A DNA stretch of 64,000 bases from Patescibacteria group bacterium (GTDB lineage Bacteria; Patescibacteriota; Patescibacteriia; Veblenbacterales; UBA10138): NCBI GenBank assembly GCA_041648575.1, contig JBAZOT010000005.1, positions 17,161 to 81,160 of the forward strand. The letters run 5' to 3'. The translations under genes and the position numbers were made by a program. The notes under the pieces were generated by a model, which made no database searches, was not told the DNA's origin, and saw only the letters and a list, made by a program, of their open reading frames with translations. Of the stretch, positions 17,566 through 26,205 are shown in pieces (position 1 is the stretch's first letter; every line of letters starts with the position of its first letter).

Positions 17566-18885
17566 ATGTCAACCAATAAACCATTAACACTCTCCCACTG
17601 GCCGCGAGCAATTCTGCATGTAGACGGCGATGCTTTTTTTGCTGCTTGCGAACAAGCGCTTCACCCAGAATACCGCGGACTACCAGTAATTACTGGCAAA
17701 GAGCGGGGAATAGTAGCTGCGGCTAGTTACGAAGCTAAAAAACTCGGCATCAGCCGCGATGTGCCCTTATGGGAAGTAAAAAAAATATGCCCCAATGCTA
17801 TTATTTTACCATCGGATTATGAAACTTATAGTTTATTTTCCAAACGCTTGTTTAGTATTATGCGACGATTTACTTCACAAGTAGAAGAATACTCTATTGA
17901 TGAAGGTTTTGCTGATTTAACCGGCTTACAGCGACCAATGCACACTAGCTACGAAACCATTGCTAAAAAAATGAAAACAACAATTGAATCAGAGCTTGGA
18001 ATTACCGTATCAATTGGTTTAAGTTTATCCAAAGTACTGGCAAAAATCGGATCAAAATTTAACAAGCCATCGGGCTTTACTGCTATCCCCGGATGGGAAA
18101 TTCATAAATATTTGCAAGTAACTCCAATAGAAAAAATATGGGGCATGGGACCACGCACAACTGCTTATTGTTTAAAACTTGGCGTAAAAACTGCACTAGA
18201 TTTTGCTACTAAAAGCGAGGATTTTATAAAACAATATTTTACCAAACCGCACTGGGAAATTTGGCAAGAACTAAACGGCCATTCAGTTTATGAAGTTACT
18301 ACCGAAGAAAAAACCGACTACATTTCTATCAGTAAAACTAAAACTTTTACACCGCCGTCTGATAGCCCAGCTTATGTTTATGCGCAATTAGTAAAAAATC
18401 TAGAAAACGCCTGCATTAAAGCGCGACGCCATAATTTAGTGGCTCAAGGGTTAATTATTATTTTACGCACCCAGTATTATCACACAGCGGGCTTGAAAGC
18501 TAAACTTAACCGCGCCTCTAATTTTCCCCAAGATATAATTGGTATTACCCAGCGCTTGTTTAATCATTTGTTTAAATCTAAAAATCTTTACCGCGCCACG
18601 GGAATTGTTTTAACTAATCTAACTCCTTTGGAAGGACTGCAACGAACATTGTTTGAACCAACTGTTAAATTGGAAAAATTAAAAAGATTATACGAGGCAG
18701 TAGATTTAATGTCGGAAAAATTTGGCAAACATTGCCTGTATTCGGCTGCTAGTTTGCCAGCACAAAAAACACCGCAGCACGTGCGTGATCGGGGCAACGT
18801 GCCAGTTAGAAAATTAAACAGAATAACAGGCGAATCAATTAGAAAACACCTAAACATCCCTATGTTGATGAATAAGGTTAATTAA
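17566..18885 (+). CDS. dinB: Y-family DNA polymerase (DNA polymerase IV / DinB-like)
   Basis: HVDGDAFFAACE and SIDEGFAD catalytic motifs. The ORF track starts at 17515, but those 17 codons lie inside repeat element B, so the ATG at 17566 is the more plausible start. Confidence 0.85.
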   Translation: MSTNKPLTLSHWPRAILHVDGDAFFAACEQALHPEYRGLPVITGKERGIVAAASYEAKKLGISRDVPLWEVKKICPNAIILPSDYETYSLFSKRLFSIMRRFTSQVEEYSIDEGFADLTGLQRPMHTSYETIAKKMKTTIESELGITVSIGLSLSKVLAKIGSKFNKPSGFTAIPGWEIHKYLQVTPIEKIWGMGPRTTAYCLKLGVKTALDFATKSEDFIKQYFTKPHWEIWQELNGHSVYEVTTEEKTDYISISKTKTFTPPSDSPAYVYAQLVKNLENACIKARRHNLVAQGLIIILRTQYYHTAGLKAKLNRASNFPQDIIGITQRLFNHLFKSKNLYRATGIVLTNLTPLEGLQRTLFEPTVKLEKLKRLYEAVDLMSEKFGKHCLYSAASLPAQKTPQHVRDRGNVPVRKLNRITGESIRKHLNIPMLMNKVN

Positions 18886-18892
18886 AACTAAA

Positions 18893-19483
18893 CTATTGTT
18901 TTTCCCCAATAATTTCCAACACTGCCTCAAGCGCGGCTGGCAACTTTGTAATACCATCACCACCACTGAAGTGCCCCTGACCATGCTCTATTATAATTTT
19001 TGATTCCAATGCATTTATAAATTCATCTTTGTTATCAATAGGAACAAATGGATCATTGTCTGAGAATAAAGCAACACTCTTTTTAATATGCATCTTTACT
19101 GCTTTAAGATTTATTGGTGTCTTTAACCACTCATCAGCCACACTACACACAATATTGTCATCTTCTAAATTTGTTAATCTTTTAAAAAACCCGGCAACAA
19201 AAACAGCTCCACCAACTTTTGTATTTTCAAGCAAAGTTTCAAGGTAACGCGCTATTGCTTGACACCCCATACTATGACCAATAAAAAAAGTTTGTTCATC
19301 TGGTATTCCAACCACTTTTTTTAACTTCGATACCCAATTATTAATTCTTGGTTCACTTGGTTTTGGAAGTTGAGGCACAAAAACACTAAAGCCCTTTGCT
19401 TCCAATTCTTTCTTTAACCACGGGAACCACCCTTCCTCTGGGAAACCATCCCAGCCGTGAATTATGAATACTCTTTTTTTCAT
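18893..19483 (-). CDS. alpha/beta hydrolase, RBBP9/YdeN family serine hydrolase
   Basis: N-terminus MKKRVFIIHGWDGFPEEGWFPWLKKEL and a GHSMGC nucleophile elbow. Confidence 0.7.
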   Translation of the reverse strand: MKKRVFIIHGWDGFPEEGWFPWLKKELEAKGFSVFVPQLPKPSEPRINNWVSKLKKVVGIPDEQTFFIGHSMGCQAIARYLETLLENTKVGGAVFVAGFFKRLTNLEDDNIVCSVADEWLKTPINLKAVKMHIKKSVALFSDNDPFVPIDNKDEFINALESKIIIEHGQGHFSGGDGITKLPAALEAVLEIIGEKQ

Positions 19484-19508
19484 AGATACATATAGTTATG
19501 AACGAATT

Positions 19509-19582
19509 TGGTGGACCCAGGGAGAATCGAACTCCCGCCTGTGCAATGCGAATGCACCGTTATACCACTTAACTATGGGCCC
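19509..19582 (-). tRNA. tRNA-Ala (anticodon CGC)
   Basis: Acceptor GGGCCCA/TGGGTCC with G3:U70, anticodon loop TTCGCAT, T-loop TTCGATT, and encoded CCA. Confidence 0.85.
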
Positions 19583-19583
19583 A

Positions 19584-19658
19584 TGGTGCCCCCGGCGCGA
19601 ATCGAACGCACATCTATCCCTTAGGACGGGATTGTTCTATCCGTTGAACTACGGGGGC
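19584..19658 (-). tRNA. tRNA-Arg (anticodon CCU)
   Basis: Acceptor GCCCCCG/CGGGGGC, anticodon stem ATCCC/GGGAT with loop GTCCTAA, and encoded CCA. It is separated from tRNA-Ala by 1 nt. Confidence 0.8.
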
Positions 19659-19972
19659 ACAACTACGCTCTGGTTAGCGCCAGAGCTTCGATGGACAAGC
19701 AGTGCTTTGATTAGCGTTTGCTCGTCCGCCGGAGCTCGAGTGCAACGAGAGCATAGGAGAAAACTACGGGGGCGTAAATATTGAAAAACAACCATTTAAC
19801 ATCCCCAACAGACTCTATTAATTACTACACAAACACTAAAGTGTCAAGGTTTATAACTTAATAAATCACGACTTAAGACTACCTAAACTTGCGACTTATG
19901 ACAACAATTCTTTGACTATTCTCTCCAAAAATACTACAATAGCGTTGCTTTTCATTATTAAAAAATAAGCTT

Positions 19973-20374
19973 ATGTTTTCTAAAAATACATCATCCGACC
20001 AAGCTGAAACTATTATTAGTTCAGCAGTCAAAGTAGAGGGAGATCTTAATTCTGCCGGTGACATTATTATTGACGGCAAAGTGCATGGCACAATAATTAC
20101 CAAAGCAAATTTATTAGTCGGCGAAAAAGCTGAAATTACCGCCAATGTCAAAGCAGCTAATGCTAAAGTAGCAGGTCATATTAAAGGTAATTTGGATATC
20201 AGCGGCAAACTTGAGCTAAACGCTACTAGCAAAATAGATGGTGATATAACGGCCAAAGTATTGGTGGTTACTGAAGGTGCACAATTAAATGGTCATTGCC
20301 AAATGGAAATGCCAGTCAAAGAAGAAATAGCCACCGTTAATAATAAGGGTCCTAAAAAAGCACCCATCTTATAA
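19973..20374 (+). CDS. bactofilin family cytoskeletal protein
   Basis: Repetitive beta-helical DUF583-like sequence (GDIIIDGKVHGTIITKANLLVGEKAEITANVKAANAKVAGHIKGNLDISGKLELNATSKIDGDITAKVLVV). Confidence 0.75.
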   Translation: MFSKNTSSDQAETIISSAVKVEGDLNSAGDIIIDGKVHGTIITKANLLVGEKAEITANVKAANAKVAGHIKGNLDISGKLELNATSKIDGDITAKVLVVTEGAQLNGHCQMEMPVKEEIATVNNKGPKKAPIL

Positions 20375-20406
20375 ACTAAAAACTATTAACACCGGCTTTT
20401 TATTTT

Positions 20407-21177
20407 ATGCCGTACTTTTATTTATACGATACCTACACCAGCGACCGTACCCACGCCAATACTTTAGTAAGAATTGAAAATACTCTTACTGATCTTGGTA
20501 TTCAAGGTAAAATTGGCCGACTGACGATTTTAAAAAGCGCTAAAGATTTAATCGATTCAGCGTTTAAAGACGGAGCAGATACAATTGTAGCGGTGGGCAA
20601 TGACCTAACTATCAGCAAAGTAGCCGCGGCATTAGTTGGAAAAAAACAAGAAATTGCCATGGGTATTATACCTATTGGAGAAAAAGACCAGTCAATTGCG
20701 AGCCTTTTAGGTATACCAATTGGTGTTTTAGCCTGCCATGTTTTATCTAGCAGAATTATTGAGCAAATCGATTTAGGCAAAGTAAACAGCCAATATTTCA
20801 TTCGTTCGGTAACCGTATCAGGCACGCCGACGGTAACCTGTGATGATCGTTTCACTTTAGTTTTTAATCATCCACATGCTATTAAAATCTGTAACCTAGA
20901 TAGTTGGCAACTTAATGGTCAAACCAAGGTGGCAAATCCTAAAAATAGAATGCTGGAAACTGTACTAACACCACTACCACAAAAAGGGTTTTTGGGTCTG
21001 ACTAAAAAACATCATGCTAATGGCTCACAATTAATTATGGAGTCTTGTAAAATTACCTCTCCGGGTAATTCATTACCAGTAGTAGTAGACGGGGAAAGGG
21101 TTCTAAAAACTCCAGTTATTATTAAAATTGCCTCACAGCGAATTAAGGTTATTGTGGGGAAAAAGAGATTAATTTAG
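20407..21177 (+). CDS. diacylglycerol kinase catalytic domain (DAGK_cat/YegS-like) protein with a degenerate GGDGT motif
   Basis: TIVAVGNDLTISKVAAAL...MGIIPIGEKDQSIASLLGIP...IDLGKVN matches the DAGK_cat layout, but GGDGT is replaced by GNDLT. Confidence 0.5.
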   Translation: MPYFYLYDTYTSDRTHANTLVRIENTLTDLGIQGKIGRLTILKSAKDLIDSAFKDGADTIVAVGNDLTISKVAAALVGKKQEIAMGIIPIGEKDQSIASLLGIPIGVLACHVLSSRIIEQIDLGKVNSQYFIRSVTVSGTPTVTCDDRFTLVFNHPHAIKICNLDSWQLNGQTKVANPKNRMLETVLTPLPQKGFLGLTKKHHANGSQLIMESCKITSPGNSLPVVVDGERVLKTPVIIKIASQRIKVIVGKKRLI

Positions 21178-21327
21178 TTAAATTTTTAAAAAAGGCCTCA
21201 GTTGTGAAGCTTTTTTTATTTTGATAATAATTTATGTTTTTGGAATGCCGCTAACAAAAGCACCCAACCAAACAATCCATACTACTATTGACCATTTGTT
21301 AAATAATCTTTCAACTCTACCATGCCA

Positions 21328-21582
21328 TCAATATGCTCTAATAGCCCAAATCAAATGCAAACCCATAATTAGTAAGGCTGTATAACCACAAATACTGTGG
21401 GTGTTAAATTTAGCCCCCGTTGCATTGAACCACATAATTGATGTACCAATTAAATCGCTTACAAATCCTGATATAAATAACACCAGCATCCATGCTTTTA
21501 GACCCTTGTTTATCCTCTCTGACCAGATAGATATAGTGTATAAAACCAGAGCAAATATAATAAATACTATTGCAAAGAACAT
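21328..21582 (-). CDS. small hypothetical membrane protein
   Basis: 84 aa with three transmembrane helices. Confidence 0.3.
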   Translation of the reverse strand: MFFAIVFIIFALVLYTISIWSERINKGLKAWMLVLFISGFVSDLIGTSIMWFNATGAKFNTHSICGYTALLIMGLHLIWAIRAY

Positions 21583-21664
21583 TTTAACCTCCTGTTTTTA
21601 TTTTTTAGATAACACAAACTTACATCAATATAAATTAAGATGCAAGTATTTATTTAATCAATCA

Positions 21665-21934
21665 CTAACCAACCACTGAACCTGCTTCAACTGGTGTTTT
21701 TTCAGTTATTGACGAATCTTCCACTATCATGGCCGTAGCAGTTATGGAAATAACTTGTTGCCGCGCAATTAATAATCGCCCTTTCCATAAACCCGGAACG
21801 GCTGGCCAGTGCCCAACTTGATAACGCAAAACCAGCTGACTGACCGGATCAATTTCTATATCACAAATTTTGCCTAAATGTTTTCCGCTTTTAGTATAAA
21901 CCGGCAAATTTTTTAAATCAGTTAGTCGGAGCAT
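21665..21934 (-). CDS. PRC-barrel-like domain protein
   Basis: 89 aa with LTDLKNLPVYTKSGKHLGKICDIEID resembling a PRC-barrel. It overlaps the 3' end of yidC by 17 nt. Confidence 0.35.
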   Translation of the reverse strand: MLRLTDLKNLPVYTKSGKHLGKICDIEIDPVSQLVLRYQVGHWPAVPGLWKGRLLIARQQVISITATAMIVEDSSITEKTPVEAGSVVG

Positions 21935-22655
21935 TGGATGGATTAATTACTTCTTTTTTTCCACCAAACATTAGATACTGTTGAGCTATTGTTAAAACCG
22001 TATTAATAAACCAATAAAGCATTAAACCGCCCGGTAAACTAAAACCAAAAACTACAGTTAACACCGGCATAAAATACAACATTTGTTTGTTCATAGCTGC
22101 GGCCATATTTTCATCCTTGGCGCCTTCGCTTTTAATTGCCGCTTTCTTATGCATTAACATCTTAGTTTGCCAATACTGAGCCGCCCCAGCTAATACACCA
22201 AAAATCCATATCGGATGGCTTAAATCATAGGAAAAGATAAACGGATCAATATGCCCCGGGTTAGCTACAAATGGATACAATAAATTAAAGCCGTCAGAAT
22301 TCAATCCTTTTCTAAATACCTGAAAAACAGCAAACAAAAAAGGTAGCTGAATTAATAACGGCAAACAAGAAGAAAAAGGATTTACCTTTTCCTGTTTATA
22401 AAGAGCCATCATTTCTTTGGTCATTTTTTCCTTATCATCTTTATATTTTGTTTTTAATTCATTAATTTTAGGTTGTATATCTTGCAGTGCTTTTTGTGAT
22501 TTTAAAGATTGCTTAGAAAATGGGTATAATACTAATTTAATAATCACTGTTAATAAAATAATGGCTATAGCAATGTTACTGCCAGTAAGATTATAAAGCC
22601 AAACTAATAAATTAAATAATGGCTGATAAAAAATTGTAGTAAATATTTGAAACAT
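21918..22655 (-). CDS. yidC: membrane protein insertase YidC (short form)
   Basis: Conserved N-terminal QPLFNLL motif, five transmembrane helices, and its position in the rnpA-yidD-yidC cluster. Confidence 0.85.
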   Translation of the reverse strand: MFQIFTTIFYQPLFNLLVWLYNLTGSNIAIAIILLTVIIKLVLYPFSKQSLKSQKALQDIQPKINELKTKYKDDKEKMTKEMMALYKQEKVNPFSSCLPLLIQLPFLFAVFQVFRKGLNSDGFNLLYPFVANPGHIDPFIFSYDLSHPIWIFGVLAGAAQYWQTKMLMHKKAAIKSEGAKDENMAAAMNKQMLYFMPVLTVVFGFSLPGGLMLYWFINTVLTIAQQYLMFGGKKEVINPSNAPTN

Positions 22656-22682
22656 GAATAATAAATTAATTTTATAAGTTAA

Positions 22683-22940
22683 TTAAGGAACTTGATCAAA
22701 GCCGCCTTTTTGCCAAGGATGGCAACGGCTTATACGCTTTATTGACATTATACCACCCTTCACTGTTCCATACTTAGTAATTGCCTGGTAAGCATACTCA
22801 GAGCACGAGGGATAAAACTTGCAACCGCCATGAGGCAGTAATGACCGACCCCAACCATGATCAGGAGAAAATGTTTTTTGGTATAACCTAATTAATTTTA
22901 AAATTGTTGTTTGGACAGTTAATTTGATTATCTGCAACAT
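22683..22940 (-). CDS. yidD: membrane protein insertion efficiency factor YidD
   Basis: YPSCSEYAYQAI...HPWQKGGFD motif. Confidence 0.85.
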   Translation of the reverse strand: MLQIIKLTVQTTILKLIRLYQKTFSPDHGWGRSLLPHGGCKFYPSCSEYAYQAITKYGTVKGGIMSIKRISRCHPWQKGGFDQVP

Positions 22941-22943
22941 AAA

Positions 22944-23282
22944 CTACTTAATTCTCTGAAAAATTTGTCTAACAACCGCTTGTAACTCAGGCCATTTAGC
23001 TTTGATAATACCTTTATTTAAATTAAAAACAAACCAATAACCCGTTGCCGGTACTAAATTTAACTCTTTCCTTAATAAAGCCCATAAACGACGCCGGCCG
23101 CGGTTGCGCATTGTTGCTTTGCCCATTTTTTTTATTGAAGTGACTACGGCAAATTTACTTGGTTGCCCGCGATAAATAGGCAAGTACCATAAAACAAAAA
23201 AGTGACAAGCTAGGCGACGGCCGTATTTATAAACATGATTAAAATCGTGCTGATTCCTTAATTTTTGCCAAGCTGGCAACAT
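22944..23282 (-). CDS. rnpA: ribonuclease P protein component
   Basis: Basic 112-aa protein directly downstream of rpmH, containing the RNR motif region (RNRGRRRLW). Confidence 0.8.
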   Translation of the reverse strand: MLPAWQKLRNQHDFNHVYKYGRRLACHFFVLWYLPIYRGQPSKFAVVTSIKKMGKATMRNRGRRRLWALLRKELNLVPATGYWFVFNLNKGIIKAKWPELQAVVRQIFQRIK

Positions 23283-23285
23283 GAG

Positions 23286-23423
23286 CTAAACTGATAATCT
23301 CCGCCGACTTTTGTGCCTCCGCCTGGATAACACTCGCCGACCAGTGGCTTTTTTCATTCGGTTGCGAAAACCATGTTTCTTTGCCCTTTTTCTTTTATTT
23401 GGTTGATATGTTCTTTTAGGCAT
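23286..23423 (-). CDS. rpmH: 50S ribosomal protein L34 (missed by the ORF track, 45 aa)
   Basis: Manual translation of the minus strand gives [45 protein letters not shown]. This is classic L34, located immediately upstream of rnpA. Confidence 0.85.
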   Translation of the reverse strand: MPKRTYQPNKRKRAKKHGFRNRMKKATGRRVLSRRRHKSRRRLSV

Positions 23424-23597
23424 ATATAATTAAAGCTATTTTACTATACCAACCTCTTGTTTAAAGGTCAAAGGATTTATAATATCCCCAGATTATCAAC
23501 AATATATTAACACTTAATAAACTTTTCACTGGTTTTCCACTTTGGTTATTTATGGTATAAAAAATAGTGCTCCATATTTATCATAACAAATCTTACT
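23424..23597. promoter_or_regulatory. rpmH-dnaA divergent intergenic region (candidate oriC / dnaA promoter)
   Basis: AT-rich 174-bp segment between divergent rpmH and dnaA. It contains DnaA-box-like 9-mers TTATCAACA (about 23492) and TTTTCCACT (about 23546) but no perfect TTATCCACA. Confidence 0.3.
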
Positions 23598-24935
23598 ATG
23601 ACCAATGAACAACTTTGGCAATCCGCTTTGGGTGAATTAGAACTCCTTATTAGTAAAGCTAATTTTACTACCTGGTTTAAAAATACTTTTATTGAATCTA
23701 ACAACAATGGCTGTATTATTGTGGGTGTGCCCAATGCTTTTACCAAAGCATGGTTAGAAAAAAAATATCATGATTATATCCGCCAAGCTTTAAAAAACAT
23801 CAGTAACCAAGAAGTTAAAGAGATACTTTACCAAGTTAGTGCCAATAAACCAACGCTTGATTTTGCTAATCAAATAATCCCTTCTTCTCCAACATTAACT
23901 AACAATCATTATTTAGGATTAAATCAAAACTATACTTTTGATACTTTTGTTATTGGTAAAAATAATGAATTAGCAAAAGCAGCGGCCACTGCCGTAGTTG
24001 AATCATTGGGCCAAGTATATAATCCGTTGTTTCTTTATGGCGGCGCTGGTTTGGGAAAAACACATTTATTACAAGCCATTGGTAATGCTATATTAAAAAA
24101 ATACTCTGATAAGAAAGTTGTTTATCTAACTTGTGAAAAATTTACCAGCGAATTTATTGAAGCAATCAGTAAAGGAGGAATGGAAAAGTTTAAAAACACT
24201 TACCGCAATGTTGACGCCTTGTTAGTTGATGATGTGCAATTCTTAGCCGGCAAAGAGGGAACACAAGAGGAATTTTTTCATACTTTTAATACTCTGCACC
24301 AGGCTAATAAACAGATAATTTTAACTTCTGACCGCCCACCCAAAGCGATCCCTACCTTAGAGCACCGCCTAATATCCCGTTTTGAATGGGGAATGCTAGC
24401 TGATATTATAAGTCCTGATTTAGAAACCAGAATAGCTATTTTAGAAGCAAAATGCAAAGAAAAACATATTAATCTTGATTCTAAAATTATTAGCTATTTA
24501 GCTTCTACTATTCAAAGTAATATAAGAGAACTAGAGGGGGCTTTAAATAAAATTGTGGCTTACCATCAATTAAATAACCACGAACCAACAGTGGAGTCAG
24601 TTAAAAATATTTTACAAACATCCAGCTTACAAGAGCGCAGCCAGGCTGTAACTATTAAAAAAATCATAAATATCGTTGCTAAATATTATGATATAAAAAT
24701 GGACGACCTACTTGGAAGCAGCCGCAAAAAACAATTAGTCACCCCACGACAAATTGCTATGTATTTAATGCGCAATGAAATCAAAGCATCTTATCCTTCT
24801 ATTGGCCAAGAATTAGGTAATCGAGATCACACCACTGCTATGCATGCTTTTGTAAAAATAACTAATGAACTTAACAAAGGTGGCTTAATCCAACAAGATA
24901 TCCACTTAATTCGTCAGCAGCTTTACAACACTTAA
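23598..24935 (+). CDS. dnaA: chromosomal replication initiator DnaA
   Basis: AAA+ Walker A GGAGLGKTHL, Walker B LLVDDVQF, and a C-terminal DnaA-box binding HTH (IGQELGNRDHTTAMHA). Confidence 0.95.
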   Translation: MTNEQLWQSALGELELLISKANFTTWFKNTFIESNNNGCIIVGVPNAFTKAWLEKKYHDYIRQALKNISNQEVKEILYQVSANKPTLDFANQIIPSSPTLTNNHYLGLNQNYTFDTFVIGKNNELAKAAATAVVESLGQVYNPLFLYGGAGLGKTHLLQAIGNAILKKYSDKKVVYLTCEKFTSEFIEAISKGGMEKFKNTYRNVDALLVDDVQFLAGKEGTQEEFFHTFNTLHQANKQIILTSDRPPKAIPTLEHRLISRFEWGMLADIISPDLETRIAILEAKCKEKHINLDSKIISYLASTIQSNIRELEGALNKIVAYHQLNNHEPTVESVKNILQTSSLQERSQAVTIKKIINIVAKYYDIKMDDLLGSSRKKQLVTPRQIAMYLMRNEIKASYPSIGQELGNRDHTTAMHAFVKITNELNKGGLIQQDIHLIRQQLYNT

Positions 24936-25072
24936 ATTTTTTTTACTTAACCCCAAACTAAACACCATCCCCTCACTCTTATTCCCACAACCTAAACACA
25001 ACCAGTCAACAAACTTTTCTTAATAAACAATTGATTAAAAATATATTTTTATAAGTTTTACACCCCACTACT

Positions 25073-26188
25073 ATGATAACAACATGTACTAAAGATAATT
25101 TATATAAAGGTTTATTAATTACCGGAAGTATAGCGGGGCGTAATTCCGCCTTGCCTATTTTAAATAATGTATTATTAAAAACCGAGGCTGGTGGTTTAAC
25201 TATTTCTTCTACTAATTTAGAGGTTGGGGTAATTACTAAAATTAGAGCCAAGGTTTCAGCCGAAGGTTCTTTAACTGTGCAAGGAAAGTTGTTTACTGAA
25301 CTAGTTTCTTTATTACCAAACGAGAAGGTGGACTTAGAAGTGAATGGGCTTAATTTAAAAGTCAGTTGTGCAGGCCACCAGACAATTATTCATGGATTAG
25401 CAGCAGATGATTTTCCAGTAATACCAGAAGTTGTTTCAAAAAAAACAGCAACCGTTGTTGGTAAAGATTTAGCAGAAGCTTTTGAGCAAGTGGCTTTTGC
25501 TGTTAATGTAAATGAAAATAGGCCAGAAATTAGTGGCGTATTATTAAATATTTTGGATAATAAAAAAATAGCATTGGTTGCCACTGACAGTTATCGTTTG
25601 GCTGAAAAAATAATTGATGTTGTGAAAGGAGATTTAGGGACAGGACAATTAATAATTCCTTTAAAAACCGTTCAGCAGGTGATAAGGGTGGCCAATACTA
25701 ATGAAGAAATAAAGGAAATAAATGTACAAATTAGTGACAATCAAATAATGTGGAGCATTGGAGAAACAATAATTGTATCACGCATTATTTCTGCACAATT
25801 TCCGGATTATAAACAAATTATTCCTAAAAAATTTAATACTGAATTATGGTTGGATCGCAATACTATTTTGCAGGCTGTAAAAAGCGCCAGCTTGTTTACA
25901 CGGGCTGGTATAAACGATGTACGATTGCAGGTTAATCCAGGAGAAAAAACAGTCCAGATATCATCAGTTAATAGCCAATTAGGTGAAGATTCATCAACTT
26001 TGGCTGTTAATAAAGTTAGTGGTGAGGCAAATGAAATTGTTTTTAATTATCGTTATTTAATTGACGGGCTTAATGTAATTACCGACAAAGAAATAAAATT
26101 GTCATTAGTGGATACTAATAACCCTGGATTGTTAAAGCCAGCTGCCAATGGCGATTATAATTATATTATCATGCCGATTAGGCAATAA
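25073..26188 (+). CDS. dnaN: DNA polymerase III beta sliding clamp
   Basis: 371 aa with a three-domain clamp pattern, positioned directly after dnaA. Confidence 0.9.
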   Translation: MITTCTKDNLYKGLLITGSIAGRNSALPILNNVLLKTEAGGLTISSTNLEVGVITKIRAKVSAEGSLTVQGKLFTELVSLLPNEKVDLEVNGLNLKVSCAGHQTIIHGLAADDFPVIPEVVSKKTATVVGKDLAEAFEQVAFAVNVNENRPEISGVLLNILDNKKIALVATDSYRLAEKIIDVVKGDLGTGQLIIPLKTVQQVIRVANTNEEIKEINVQISDNQIMWSIGETIIVSRIISAQFPDYKQIIPKKFNTELWLDRNTILQAVKSASLFTRAGINDVRLQVNPGEKTVQISSVNSQLGEDSSTLAVNKVSGEANEIVFNYRYLIDGLNVITDKEIKLSLVDTNNPGLLKPAANGDYNYIIMPIRQ

Positions 26189-26205
26189 TTTATTGTTAAA
26201 TTAGA

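Noticed and set aside
19659-19775. Calling the GC-rich segment upstream of the tRNA pair a 4.5S/SRP RNA or a third tRNA.
   Set aside because: There is only partial resemblance to SRP domain IV, and no acceptor-stem complement for a cloverleaf. It is left as an unassigned structured segment in the findings.
19464-19784. 106-aa plus-strand ORF, and the minus-strand ORF 19879-20151.
   Set aside because: The first overlaps two well-formed tRNA genes and the GC-rich spacer. The second is antisense to the bactofilin gene. Both are spurious.
23546-23746. 66-aa minus-strand ORF spanning the dnaA start and promoter.
   Set aside because: It is antisense to the dnaA 5' end and the origin-proximal intergenic region, with no support.
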